DNA of 64,000 nucleotides from an uncultured delta proteobacterium (GCA_963767925.1 CAVYGB010000006.1:320001-384000), one strand, 5' to 3'. Counted from the stretch's first letter, positions 31,815 through 43,642 are shown. Translations and numbers: made by a program. The notes: a model not told the origin generated them from the sequence alone.

Positions 31815-32185
31815 GCGCAATCGCGTCCGTTTCCGAGCCGGATTTCAACGCCGAAGCCGGCAGCAACAACGGGATCTTGACCATTTCGCTGACCGGAAAC
31901 GCCGATCTGAACGTGAAGACTCAGCTCGACGGGTTCCTGATCGCCGTCCACGAGGAGGCCCGCCGCCTCTCGGTGACCGACGTCGAGGTCGACGTGCGGC
32001 ACCTCGAGTTCATGAACTCCTCCTGCTTGAAGTCGCTCGTCGGCTGGATCAGCCGCATCCAGGACGAGCCCCCCAACAAGCAATACCGGGTCCTGTTTCG
32101 CTCGAGCCCCGCCCTGTTCTGGCAGCGCCGCAGCCTGCACGCCCTGAGCTGCCTGGCCAGCGACCTGGTCACCGTCCAGACCTGA
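31811..32185 (+). CDS. STAS-like anti-anti-sigma protein (SiaC/Slr1659-like), copy 1
   Basis: DVRHLEFMNSS phospho-acceptor loop and WQRRSL C-terminal motif; ATGA coupling to the kinase. Confidence 0.72.
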   Translation: MSAIASVSEPDFNAEAGSNNGILTISLTGNADLNVKTQLDGFLIAVHEEARRLSVTDVEVDVRHLEFMNSSCLKSLVGWISRIQDEPPNKQYRVLFRSSPALFWQRRSLHALSCLASDLVTVQT

Positions 32186-32308
32186 CCGGTGGCCCGAGGT
32201 CGGGGTGGGGGGCGAGCCGCAGGGCTCCGCCCGACGTCCGGTCTCCGGGGCGCGGGCAAGGCCGGTCCGACCTCCGGAGGACCCGGAGCGCCGGCCGGCC
32301 GCGTTTCC

Positions 32309-32680
32309 TCAGCTCTCGATCGTCACGATGTCGCTGGCCAGCGAGGAGATGGCGAACAGGCTCCGCTTTTGCCAGTACAGCGTGGGGCTCGAGACCACCG
32401 TGATGTGGTAACGCTCGGCGGGGGGGAGGTCCTGGATCTGGGTCACCCAGACCACCAGGGACTTCAAGCAGGACGAGTTCATGAAGGCCAGGCTGCGCAC
32501 GTCCAGCGACACGTTCTGCAGATGCTGCCGCCGCGCCTCCTCGTGGATGGCGGCCAGGAAGCGCTCCAGCGCCAGGCGCACGTTGAGGTCGGCGTTGCCC
32601 GAGACCTTGGCGGTGAGGACGCCATCGCTGACGCTGGCCTCGGCCGCAAAATCCACGTCGTGTACCGATTGAATGCTCAT
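32309..32680 (-). CDS. STAS-like (SiaC/Slr1659-like) protein, copy 2
   Basis: DVRSLAFMNSSCLKSL and WQKRSL; collinear paralog of 31811..32185. Confidence 0.72.
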   Translation of the reverse strand: MSIQSVHDVDFAAEASVSDGVLTAKVSGNADLNVRLALERFLAAIHEEARRQHLQNVSLDVRSLAFMNSSCLKSLVVWVTQIQDLPPAERYHITVVSSPTLYWQKRSLFAISSLASDIVTIES

Positions 32681-33177
32681 CGCTTCATCCCTGCGCGTCC
32701 GGGCAGCTCCACCTGGGTGCTGGCCATGATGGCCACCGTGTTCGCCTTGACCTCGAGCCCCAATGACATCTCTGCCTCCGCTGCAATCCGCGCCAGTCCC
32801 AGCCCCGACTCGCCCGCTACCCGCGAGGAGGCCACCATCAGCTTCTGGTAGTGCGCAAACGGGTCCGCGGCGCTGGCGATCGCCTGGACCCGCTGGCGTA
32901 GCTGCTCGATGTGGGCAGCGGTCGTGTCATTGATGAGCGAGAGGGTCACCTGGGCGTGGTCGCCCTCGAGCCGGGTGGAGAACCGGAGCAGAGCCCGGTT
33001 GGCGGTGGCATATTTGGCCGCATTCTCCAGCAGCTCGTGGGCGGTCATGGAGACCCGGAACACCGCCTCGGGGTCCGCGATCAGGCGCTCGAAGACCTCT
33101 TCGACGAAGCGCCGCACGATGGACACGAAACGCGGGTTCGGATCGAGCGACAGGTCGAAGGTGAGCCCAGTCTCCAT
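32677..33177 (-). CDS. Partner-switch GHKL kinase (SiaB/RsbW-like), copy 2
   Basis: FDLSLDPNPRFVS, HELLENAAKY and ESGLGLARI; paralog of 31167..31814; ATG at 33177. Confidence 0.7.
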   Translation of the reverse strand: METGLTFDLSLDPNPRFVSIVRRFVEEVFERLIADPEAVFRVSMTAHELLENAAKYATANRALLRFSTRLEGDHAQVTLSLINDTTAAHIEQLRQRVQAIASAADPFAHYQKLMVASSRVAGESGLGLARIAAEAEMSLGLEVKANTVAIMASTQVELPGRAGMKR

Positions 33178-33404
33178 TTGGGAGCAAGGCACCACATCGG
33201 AAGAACGACGGGCGGCATTGAATGGCACGCGCCGATCGCGCGCTCCGCAGCGCGCCAGTGCAACTTCGAAGACGGTGCCCTAGCCACGGGGTGTCGGGAA
33301 ATTTGGGCGCTGATCGCCGCCCTGGCCCGCGGCCGTTCCGTTTCGCCGGCGGCAGCTGATCCCCCCGCTCCAACCCCGGCAGGGGCCGTGCGCTCGAGCC
33401 TCGT

Positions 33405-34795
33405 TCATCCGGCCAGGGTCAATTTCCGTTTCTCGGCGATCCCGCGAACCAGCTTCGTGAGATTGAAGCCCAGGGCTGCGCGCTGACCGCAAGCGCCCAT
33501 CATCGCGGCCGAGCGGGCCGCGGGACGATTGAATCCGTATTTGGCCCTTTTGATAGTGCCGATCGAGCCCTCGACCAGCGCCCGCTCCTTGATGAGTCGG
33601 TCTTTCACCTTGCCCTCGACCTCCCATGGCGTGCGACCTCGGGGGGCCAGTCCCACGTCGCGCACGCCCAGTTCGCCGAGTCGCTCCACGTTCTTGGCAC
33701 TGTGGCCGGCGCGATCGTAGGCGTAGGCGCGCGGTGCCTTGCCCAACAGGGTGACCAGGTCCTCGACCGCTCGCACCGCGAACTTGGAGTCCTGCAGATC
33801 CGCCTTGTCGCGGGCCATCGTCGCCAGCACGAAGCCTCCGCGCAGGCGCGTGATGCCCCAGGACAACCCGAACTCGACGGTCTTGCCCACCTTGCCGCGC
33901 ACGATCGAATACAGCTCCGGGATGTGCAGGTTGATGATCTTGCCGGCGGCCACGTAGCCCGTACGCAGCCAGTAGCGGATCTGCGGCAGGAGCTTGCCGA
34001 CCGTCTGGTGCAATTGGGCCAGCTTGCGTCGCGCGACCACGCCGCACCCGCGCAGCTTGTGGCCCTGAACCGAGGCCGCATCGAGCGCCTTTCCCAGCTG
34101 GCCGTTGAGCTGCTCGATCAGATTGGCCATCCTGGCCACCGCTCGATCCTTGGCAGCCTTGGTCTTGGCGAACAGTCGGTACTTGCGCACCTGCTCCTTG
34201 GCCTCCTTGATCTTGCAGGCGGCCCTGACCACGAAGCCTTTGACGGCCTGTCCGGCCCTGCGCGCCGCCGACTCGACCGACCGCACGAAGCCGGCCAGCA
34301 GTCCCATTTCGTTGGGATGCGGGATCGCCGCCTCCTGTGCCGTCATGTCCGCGACGGCGACCCTGGTGTCGGCCAGCCCCAGCGCCACCGCCTGCTCGAC
34401 CACGCTTTCGTTGATCAGCCGCACGCCGTCCTCGCCCATCAGCTGCGCGAAGTCGTGGACGGTGGTGAAGTCCGGCGTCCAGTCCGTCTCGGTCAACCCG
34501 CACAGGTACCTCGCTGGCGCGTAGTACCGGATCTGGTCCTCCAGTTCGCGGTAGGGCCGATTCCTGATCGCCATCAGGGTCAGCGCACCCAGCAAGGCCC
34601 GGAGCTGGGGCGGCCGTCCTGCCGCATTCTTGAGCTTCTTTCCCGGATCTTTTCGGCCCGGACCTCCATCTCGGTCCAGTCCACCGTGTCGGTCAGGACG
34701 ACGATGGGATGGTTGTCGGGCAACTGGATCGCCGGGCGCTTCGAGCGGGGGAATAGATCGGGCTGGCGGTTGCGGCCGCTCGGTCGTCGAGGCAT
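33405..34795 (-). CDS. IS5-family transposase, frameshift at ~34640
   Basis: N-terminus QPDLF..DNHPIVVLTDTVDW (ORF 34580..34795) continues into GRPP..ADMT..RGKVGKTVEFG..YDRAG..RALVEGSIGTIK in another frame. Confidence 0.82.
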
Positions 34796-34890
34796 CGCGG
34801 ACCTCCTTGGTCACGCTGTCCATCAGCCACATCTGGCCGAGCTTGTCGATCCCCTATCGCGTCGGTGATCGAAAGCGAGGTCCCAGGTCT

Positions 34891-35283
34891 TCATCGAATT
34901 GCACGGTTCATCATTTTCGTGAGCATGGCGGCCACCCGCCCCACCAACTGGCGAGCGCGCGGTCGGATGGTCGAAGGACACAAACCCCGATGCTCCAGGA
35001 GCGTCATGGCGGCATCTACCTCGAGAGCGGAACCGCGCGCGATCTTCAGACAGCGCGCTCGGTCGGCGCCATCGCGGCCGATGGCCTCGGCCAGGTTGAG
35101 TACTGTGGAGCCGGACGCTCGCTGCGCCTGATCGAAGAGCCAAGCTTGTCCGCGGCTGCCCTGCCGTGCCAGGCGGGCGACCAGTTCATCAAGCTCGACC
35201 GCGACCCGGTAGGCGTCCAGACGCTCGTGATCCAGAGTTCCGTGCCAGGCGGCATGCTCGTCGACTCGCTCATCTTTGGCCAT
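34891..35283 (-). CDS. Four-helix-bundle protein (23S rRNA IVP / Avd-like)
   Basis: HERLDAYR, DQAQRASGSTVLNLAEA, IARGSALE and AMLTKM family motifs. Confidence 0.82.
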   Translation of the reverse strand: MAKDERVDEHAAWHGTLDHERLDAYRVAVELDELVARLARQGSRGQAWLFDQAQRASGSTVLNLAEAIGRDGADRARCLKIARGSALEVDAAMTLLEHRGLCPSTIRPRARQLVGRVAAMLTKMMNRAIR

Positions 35284-35316
35284 TCGCCCTTATCGGCTCG
35301 CGCATCGCTGCAGGTT

Positions 35317-35476
35317 CGTGCACGTGCACGGAAGACGTGCACGGGACTCGTCAGACGTGCACGACTCACGTGCTCGTGCACGTGCACGGAAGACGTGCAC
35401 GGGACCCGTCAGACGTGCACGACTCACGTGCTCGTGCACGTGCTCGTGCACGGAAGACGTGCACGTGCACGGACAC
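35317..35476. repeat. 58-bp direct repeat (~2.5 copies) dense in palindromic GTGCAC
   Basis: Units start at 35317, 35375 and 35433; lies between the IS right TIR and the four-helix gene. Confidence 0.88.
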
Positions 35477-35543
35477 GGTTTTCGGACGGGACTGCAGGCG
35501 CGGAATCTCCGACGCGAAGCCCCAATTTCCCGACAACCCGTAG

Positions 35544-37401
35544 CTAGGTCTCGAGGCCGGCCAGGGGGCCGGTGCGGGCGAAGAAGCGGTCGACGCGGGC
35601 CTCCACCGCAGGGTCCTCCTCGAGGGGCGGCGCGTGGTAGGGCTTGATGCGGGCGTCGATCACCAGCGGGCCCTGACAGCCCCAGTGCTTGTCGACGACC
35701 CGCTCGCCGCCGCCGCGCACGTCGACGGCGGGGTTCGAGCGGGTGAAGGTGACCCAGAGGAAGTTCTCGAGCGAGCGGGCGGTGAACTCGCTGTCGTCGA
35801 CACAGGACCACCAGGGGGAAGGCGTCGAGCTGCGGCTGCTCGGCGAGCAGGGCGGTGATCCGCCCGACCTCGTCGCCGCCCGAGGGCTGGAACGGCCGGG
35901 CTGTCACCGCCAGGACGCCGGGCAGGCACAGCCGGGGACCGCGGAAGCCGTCGGGCAGCCGCAGGTCGGCCGGCACCGAGGTCCCCAGCGTCCGCCGGGG
36001 CTTGCCGGCGGCGGCGAGGACGAGCTTGGAGCCCTGGTTGAGCCCGCCCCCGGAGTAGTCGAGCGTGTCGATGGTGGTGCGGGTCTGGAAGTGCAGGTCG
36101 CGGCCCAGGTGCACCCGTTCGAGCAGGTGGCGGAAGAAGGCCGGAATGTCGTGCACGTCCAGCGCGGGGTCGTCGTCGGCCGCCACGACGAACAGGTACT
36201 TGGCCAGGGAGAGCTGGCCCTGGCCCAGGATGGCGTTGGCCTGGGTGAGCAGCTCCTGCGGCTCGTCGGGGCGGGCGTAAGGGACGTAGCGCTCGCTGCC
36301 GATCGCCAGCAGCAGCGGGTGCACGCCGGTGGCGTCGACGGCGTGCACCGCCTTGACCCCGGCCAGCACGGTGGGGATGACCGGGCCGGTCAGCTCGTGG
36401 ATGAGCGCCCCGAACACCGTGTCCTCCTGGGGCGGGCGGCCGACAACCGTGAAGGGCCACACGGCGTCGGGGCGGTGATAGACCGCCTCCACCCGCAACA
36501 CGGGAAAGTCGTGCACGAGGCTGTAGTAGCCGAGGTGATCGCCGAAGGGCCCCTCGGGCTTGCGCAGTCGGGGATCGACCTTGCCCACGAGGCAGAAGTC
36601 GGCGTCGGCGTGCACCGGCAGGACGTCGCGCCCGGGGCGGGCCAGGCGCACGCGCCGGCCCGACAGCGCCCCGGCGAAGGCCAGCTCGGACAGGCCCTCG
36701 GGCAGCGGCATCACCGCGGCCAGGCTCATGGCGGGCGGCCCGCCCACGAACACGTTCACCGCCAGGTCCTGCTGGCGGCGGATGGCGGCGGCGTGGTGGA
36801 CCCCGATGCCCCGGTGGATCTGGTAGTGCAGGCCCACCTCCCGGTCGCGCTCGTAGCGGCCCCCCGAGAGCTGGATGCGGTACATGCCGAGGTTCGAATG
36901 CATCGGGCCGGGGCGGTCCGGATCTTCGCTGTACACCTGAGGCAAGGTGATGAAGGGCCCGCCGTCGGCGGGCCAGCTCCGCAGCGGCGGCAGATCCGAC
37001 ACCGCCGCCCGGTGGGCCAGCACCGGCCCGCCGCGCACGCGCCGGGGCAACATGTGCAGCGCGGTGGCGGGCGCGCCGAGGTAGCGCAGCGGCCGCCGCC
37101 AGAACGCGCTCGGGTCGATCTTCAGCTCGACCAGGCGACGCACCGCCGGCAAGGTGTCCCGGAAGATGAACCGCGCCCGGTCGAGCGAGCCGAACAGGTT
37201 GCTCACCATCGGGAACCGGCAGCCCTTGACCCGAGAAAAGTAGATGGCGGGCCCCCCTGCCCGGAAGACGCGCCGCTGGATGGCAGCCGCCTCCAGGTTG
37301 GCGTCGACCTCCTCCTCGAGCCGGACGAGGTGGGCACGACCGTCCCCGTCCTTGTTGACGGCGAGATCGTCGATGCAGGCGCGGAGCGACTTGTAGATCA
37401 T
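35544..37401 (-). CDS. UbiD family decarboxylase, frameshift at ~35800
   Basis: NLFGS, NLGMYR, EGPFGDHLGYY and GRPPQED; the shifted frame gives DDSEF..NFLWVTFTRSNP..VIDARIKP ending at TAG 35544-35546. Confidence 0.85.
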
Positions 37402-37530
37402 GAGGGCAGCGGGGTTTTACCCAAAAAGGCAGAGGTTCCCGCATGTTCCGAAAAAGGTAGGGAACCGGGTGGATGGTGTAGCAGGTACGTCTGCTCATGA
37501 TAATATGCTGCGCCAGGTAGCGAGCGAATC

Positions 37531-39309
37531 ATGGGGGCGCCAAACGAACGCGGGACGGGAAGCAGGGGCGCACCTGCGGCCGCCGAGGTCACGGCCCAGA
37601 GCGGCTCGGGCGCCCGCCCGACCGTCCCCCGGAGCGCGCCGCGTACCGGCTCGGGCCCCATCCAGGGCTTCGACGGATCGTTGCCGCCCGGGACGATGCT
37701 CGGCAAGTACCAGATCATCCGGCAGCTCGGTCAGGGCGGCATGGGGGCGGTGTTCGAGGCCGTGCATACCGGCATCGGCAAGGGCGTCGCCCTCAAGACG
37801 ATGAACCCGGCCCTGGTCAACGATCCCCGCTCGGAGGAGCGCTTCTTGCGCGAGGCCGAGGCCGCCTCCCGGCTGGAGCACCCCCACGTCGTCGGGGTGA
37901 CCGACTTCGGCTCCGACCAGGGCATCATCTACCTGGTGATGGAGCTGCTGCGGGGCGAGGACCTGGCAGGCCTCGTCGCGCGCGCCCCGGCCGGCCTCGA
38001 CGCCGCCTTCACCGCCGACACGATGCTGGCGGTGTGCGCGGGCGTGTTCGCCGCTCACGAGTCCGGGGTGGTCCACCGCGACCTCAAGCCCCAGAACATC
38101 TTCCTCTGTCACACCGCCCTCGGGGAGGTGGTGCCGAAGGTCCTGGACTTCGGCATCTCGAAGATGGTCAACCGCAACGACGCCCACTCGCTCACCAACT
38201 CGGGCTCGGTGATGGGGACCACCCACTACCTCTCGCCCGAGCAGGTGCAGGGCGCTCACCTCGACGGGCGCAGCGACGAATACGCCCTCGGCGTCATCTT
38301 GTACGAGTGCCTGACCGGCCGGCGCCCGCACGAGGGCGACAGCCTCTACGCGATCATGCGCAGTATCAGCGAGGGGCGCTTCCACCCCCCGCGCGTGCTG
38401 CGCCCCGATCTCTCGCCCGAGATGGAGGCGGTGGTGCTGCGGGCCCTGGGAATCCGGGCCGACGATCGCTACCCCTCGGTGCACGCGCTCGGTCGCGCGC
38501 TGCTGCCCTTCGCCTCGCCCAAGGGGCGGGTGGTCTGGACCGACTACTACTCCCGGTCTCCGGGGCCGTCGGGGCCGCCGATGTCCGGCTCCAGCAGCCG
38601 GGGCATGTACGCGCCGCCGGCCGCGCCCCCCACGGTGTTCTCGGCCCGGGGCACCCCCAGCGACGTCTCGCCGGTCTCGGTCATCCGCACCAACGAGGTG
38701 GTGCGCCGGTCGGGTGGCCTGCGCTGGTGGCAGGTCGGGCTGGGCGCGATCGCCCTCGCCGGCGGCGGCGCCGCCTACATGACCTTCGGGCCGCCCCGCT
38801 CCTTGCTGGACGCCGGCAAGGCGGACGTCGCCGGAGTGGGTAAAAGCGTCGGCAGCCCGGGCGGCAACCTCGGCCGAGCCGCCCCCGGGGGCACCCCCGT
38901 GGGCTCGGAGCCACCCGCCGCCCCCCCCACCAGCAACCGGCGCGCCGCTGGATCGGTTCCGGTGTCGCCACCGGCCGCGCCGCCCGCCAGCGATCCGACC
39001 GTCGAATCTCCGGGTCCGCGTCCTGGCGCAACTCCGGCTGAACGCCCGCGCGCCGTCGAGGACGACGCCCCGACCGGCTCGGCCAGGCGCGGAGCCGCCG
39101 CCCGAGCCGTCACCACGCGCGAGACCCGGACCGTGCGCCCCGAAATCACCGCGCCCGCCACGCGCAACCGCCAGCGACCGACCGCCCGTCGCCCCGAGCC
39201 GGCCCAGAGCGCTCCCCGCGAGCGGGAGCGACGGCCCCCCCGCAACGACGATCAGCTCCCACCTCCCACGCCCCTCCGGGGCCCTGGCGGCGCTCCGATC
39301 CTCGACTGA
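37531..39309 (+). CDS. Membrane Ser/Thr protein kinase
   Basis: GQGGMG, ALK, HRDLKPQN, DFG and SPEQ motifs; TM helix; Pro/Arg-rich tail. Confidence 0.92.
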   Translation: MGAPNERGTGSRGAPAAAEVTAQSGSGARPTVPRSAPRTGSGPIQGFDGSLPPGTMLGKYQIIRQLGQGGMGAVFEAVHTGIGKGVALKTMNPALVNDPRSEERFLREAEAASRLEHPHVVGVTDFGSDQGIIYLVMELLRGEDLAGLVARAPAGLDAAFTADTMLAVCAGVFAAHESGVVHRDLKPQNIFLCHTALGEVVPKVLDFGISKMVNRNDAHSLTNSGSVMGTTHYLSPEQVQGAHLDGRSDEYALGVILYECLTGRRPHEGDSLYAIMRSISEGRFHPPRVLRPDLSPEMEAVVLRALGIRADDRYPSVHALGRALLPFASPKGRVVWTDYYSRSPGPSGPPMSGSSSRGMYAPPAAPPTVFSARGTPSDVSPVSVIRTNEVVRRSGGLRWWQVGLGAIALAGGGAAYMTFGPPRSLLDAGKADVAGVGKSVGSPGGNLGRAAPGGTPVGSEPPAAPPTSNRRAAGSVPVSPPAAPPASDPTVESPGPRPGATPAERPRAVEDDAPTGSARRGAAARAVTTRETRTVRPEITAPATRNRQRPTARRPEPAQSAPRERERRPPRNDDQLPPPTPLRGPGGAPILD

Positions 39310-39399
39310 TCGCCTCGATACGGAGGGCCAATCAGGGCCGCGGCGAGGCGAGGCTTCGACGCTAAAGAGGCGCTGTGATCCGCCGAATTCTAGGCGGCG

Positions 39400-39915
39400 A
39401 TGTTGGGCTGGTTGCAACGCGGCGGGTTTCGCGCGCAGCTCCGGATCGCGACCCTGGCCGGCATGGCCGTGGCCGTGACCGCCTGTGCCTGCGCCGATCG
39501 GCGGCGCGGCAGCGAGAGCGCCGTCCGGGCGGCGGCCGCGGCGCCCGCGCCGATGGTGGCGCCGATCGGGGCGGCGGCGGGCCCCAGCAGGGCCGCCGGC
39601 TGCGGGTTGCCGGGCGAGCCCGATTGTCCGTTGCAGGCCTGGATGGACCACCGCTTCAACGGAGCCCTGAGCTCGGGCGACTACCCCGAGCTGGCGCGAT
39701 CGATGCGGGAGCTAGCCGCCGATCGTCCCGAGCCGTTCTCCACCTGGGCGAGCTGGGCCGAACAAGGCGCCGCCGCGGCCGAACGCCAGGACGACGCCGG
39801 CATCCGCAAGGCTTGCTCCGGTTGCCACGACGACACCCGCGAAGCCTACCGCCAGACCATGCGCGACCGACCGGTGCGCTCGGCGGCCATCCTCCCCGAC
39901 GACAGCGGCCCCTGA
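39400..39915 (+). CDS. Putative c-type cytochrome lipoprotein (cytochrome c'-like)
   Basis: C-terminal CSGCH haem motif after helical segments; lipobox-like TACAC; start uncertain. Confidence 0.6.
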   Translation: MLGWLQRGGFRAQLRIATLAGMAVAVTACACADRRRGSESAVRAAAAAPAPMVAPIGAAAGPSRAAGCGLPGEPDCPLQAWMDHRFNGALSSGDYPELARSMRELAADRPEPFSTWASWAEQGAAAAERQDDAGIRKACSGCHDDTREAYRQTMRDRPVRSAAILPDDSGP

Positions 39916-40107
39916 ACCGAGACCGACCAGTCAGTAAGTGGCGTTCGTCCCGGGCCCCCGCGAAGCGGCCGTTTGCGCGAGTCAGGGTGTCTCAGAAAAT
40001 TCCCGAGGTTCGCGCGGATCTCGCGGGGTCTTGCGCGATCAGGGCACTCCACTGACAGCGTTGTCCCCAGGGGGCGCTGGCCAGGATAAGATGACCCGGT
40101 CGCGCAA

Positions 40108-41370
40108 ATGAGCGAAACGGAGCGGTTGCATCAGGCGGAGAGGACGGCACGCGAGGCGCTCGAGCTCGCTCGCCGGACCAATGGCATCTTCGATGTGACT
40201 GCGGCCCTGTCCACGGCGACAAGCGTGAACGAGGCCTGCGACGTGGCGGTGCTCCGGGGGGTCCAGGCCCTGGGGGCTGTCGCCGGGGGCGTCTGGCTGG
40301 AACACGACACCTTGCCGGTCGTCGATCTGGTGCAATCGGTCGGATATTCCCGGGCTGCGATCGAGACCTTCGGTCGGATCCCCCTCGACGGGGGGACCCT
40401 CGCGCCGGTGCTCGACGCCGTCCGCTCGGGCGAGTCGATCTGGATCACCTGCCGGCAGGCCCTCGAGACCAGCTACCCGGACATCGAGCTCGACCGCCCG
40501 GAGCTGGCGGTGGCCGCCTTGCCCCTGTGGGCGGAGGCCCGCTGCATCGGGGCCATCGCCTTCACCTTCGACCACGTGCGGGATTTCTCCCCCATGGAGA
40601 AGCAGTTCCTGCTGGTGCTCGCCCGTCACTGCGGGCAGGCGGTCGAGCGGGCCCGCCTGTTCGACCGGGAGAAGCGGGCGCGCGAGGACGTCCTGGCCCT
40701 GGTCACGCACGACCTGAAGAATCCGCTCGGCGTGATCCTCATGACCGCGGAGACCATCCTGCGCCTCGATCTCGACGATTCCGCCCGCCGGATCCACGGC
40801 CACGCCGAGACCATCCGGCGCTCGGCCGAGCGGATGTCACGCCTGATCGGGGACCTGGCGGACTTTTCCCGCCTGCAGGGCGGGCGCTTCGCGATCAGCC
40901 GGTCGCCCTGCGCCCCGCCCGAGATCACCCGGGCCGCGGTCGAGATGTTCACCGCCCTGGCCCAGGACTCCGCGCAGCAGCTCCGGATCCACCTGCCCGC
41001 CGATCTGCCGACCCTCCGCTGCGATGGCGACCGGGTGATCCAGGCGCTGGGCAACCTGATCTCGAACGCGGTCAAGGTGACCGGCCAGGGCGGCACCGTC
41101 ACGGTGGGGGCCCATACCTGCGGCGCGGATCTGATCTGGTTCGTCGAGGACAGCGGGCCCGGCCTCAGCGCCGACGACCTGCCCCGCCTGTTCCAGCGCT
41201 ACTGGCGCGGAGCGAACACCCGCTACGAGGGGACGGGGCTCGGCCTGGCCATCGCCAAGGGGATCATCGAGGCGCACGGCGGACGGATCTGGGCCGACAG
41301 CCGGCCGGGCGTGGGGAGCCGCTTCTCCTTCTCCATCCCTCTCGCCGGCGCGGAAGAGGCGGCCGGCTGA
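40108..41370 (+). CDS. GAF sensor histidine kinase
   Basis: GAF region; THDLKNPL H-box; NLISNAVK, DSGPG and GTGLGL boxes. Confidence 0.92.
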   Translation: MSETERLHQAERTAREALELARRTNGIFDVTAALSTATSVNEACDVAVLRGVQALGAVAGGVWLEHDTLPVVDLVQSVGYSRAAIETFGRIPLDGGTLAPVLDAVRSGESIWITCRQALETSYPDIELDRPELAVAALPLWAEARCIGAIAFTFDHVRDFSPMEKQFLLVLARHCGQAVERARLFDREKRAREDVLALVTHDLKNPLGVILMTAETILRLDLDDSARRIHGHAETIRRSAERMSRLIGDLADFSRLQGGRFAISRSPCAPPEITRAAVEMFTALAQDSAQQLRIHLPADLPTLRCDGDRVIQALGNLISNAVKVTGQGGTVTVGAHTCGADLIWFVEDSGPGLSADDLPRLFQRYWRGANTRYEGTGLGLAIAKGIIEAHGGRIWADSRPGVGSRFSFSIPLAGAEEAAG

Positions 41371-41392
41371 AGCTGGTCCCGCGCGCTCCTTG

Positions 41393-42219
41393 TCAGTACG
41401 TCAGCCGCAGCAGGAGCCCGCCGCCCGCACGCACCGGCAGGGGGGCCACCTGGACGGTGCTCCGGTCGGGCGACGCGGCCGCCCGGACGCCGAGGTAATA
41501 CAGCAGCGCGCCCGTCGAGACCGCGGTGGCGCCCACCCCCAGAAAGACCCATTGCAGGAGGAAGGCCCGATGGCCGCGCTGATTGAGCGACTCGATCGCG
41601 CCGAGGTCCGGAGCGGTCCGCCGGGCGAGCTCCCGGCCGTCCTCCTCCAGCCAGGTCGTCTGCATCCCGAAGTAGGTGGCCACGCCCAGCGCCGCCAGGC
41701 CCGCGCCGGTCGTCACCAGGCCCGCGACCCGCAGCGTGCGGCCGATGGAGGGGACCTCCAGCCGGGCCCCCAGCTCGGGCGGCGACCCCTCGGCGGCCTC
41801 GGCTCGGCCGGCCGGCGGAGCCAGCCCGGTCGGAGGCGGCGCCGATGCGGCGGGTGAGGGAGCGGGGGCGGCGGGCAGCCCCTGCAGCTCGAGGATGAGC
41901 TGGCGGGCCCGGGTGGCGGCGGCGGGATCGGCGTCGGACCGCCGCAGGTACATCTGGAAACGGGCCAGCGCCTCGGCGTGGTGGCCGTTCTTCTGGTAAC
42001 AGCGCCCCTGATTGAAGATGTAGTTGCCGTCGTCGGTCTGGGCAAACAGCTCCGCCAGGATGCGCACGCCCTCCTCCAGGCGCCCCGACGAGCAGGCCGC
42101 CTCCGCTTCCCGGTGGCGCGCCTCGAGCTGGGCGCCGTCGCCCCCACCCTGGGCGCGACCGACCGCCGGCCAGGCGACAACCACGAGCGCGAGCAGCGGC
42201 GCCAGCCGGCGTGGCCCGG

Positions 42220-42223
<4 letters not shown>
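41393..42223 (-). CDS. TPR-containing exported/membrane protein
   Basis: Signal peptide; YIFNQGRCY TPR; two C-terminal hydrophobic segments; overlaps the kinase stop. Confidence 0.75.

Positions 42224-43642
<1,419 letters not shown>

Larger units (their letters stand above)
33284..35543 (-). mobile_element. IS5-like DDE insertion sequence (~2.26 kb) with a passenger gene
   Basis: TIRs CCACGGGGTGTCGGGAAATTTGGGC and CTACGGGTTGTCGGGAAATTGGGGC (22/25 match); CTAG direct repeats at 33280-33283 and 35544-35547; internal transposase. Confidence 0.88.

Noticed and set aside
34625..34655. Programmed -1 frameshift in the transposase
   Set aside because: GGGAAAG is out of phase for an X XXY YYZ slip in the upstream frame; a lost A in a homopolymer is simpler given the other indels
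34891..35476. Diversity-generating retroelement (Avd-like gene plus repeats)
   Set aside because: No reverse transcriptase and no TR/VR pair with adenine-specific mismatches seen
35290..35543. C-terminal extension of UbiD into the IS in the ORF track
   Set aside because: Produced by the frameshift at ~35800; the conserved C-terminus ends at TAG 35544-35546
39916..40075. Possible IS-end remnant (CAGGGTGTCTCAGAAAATTCCC)
   Set aside because: No partner inverted repeat or target duplication found
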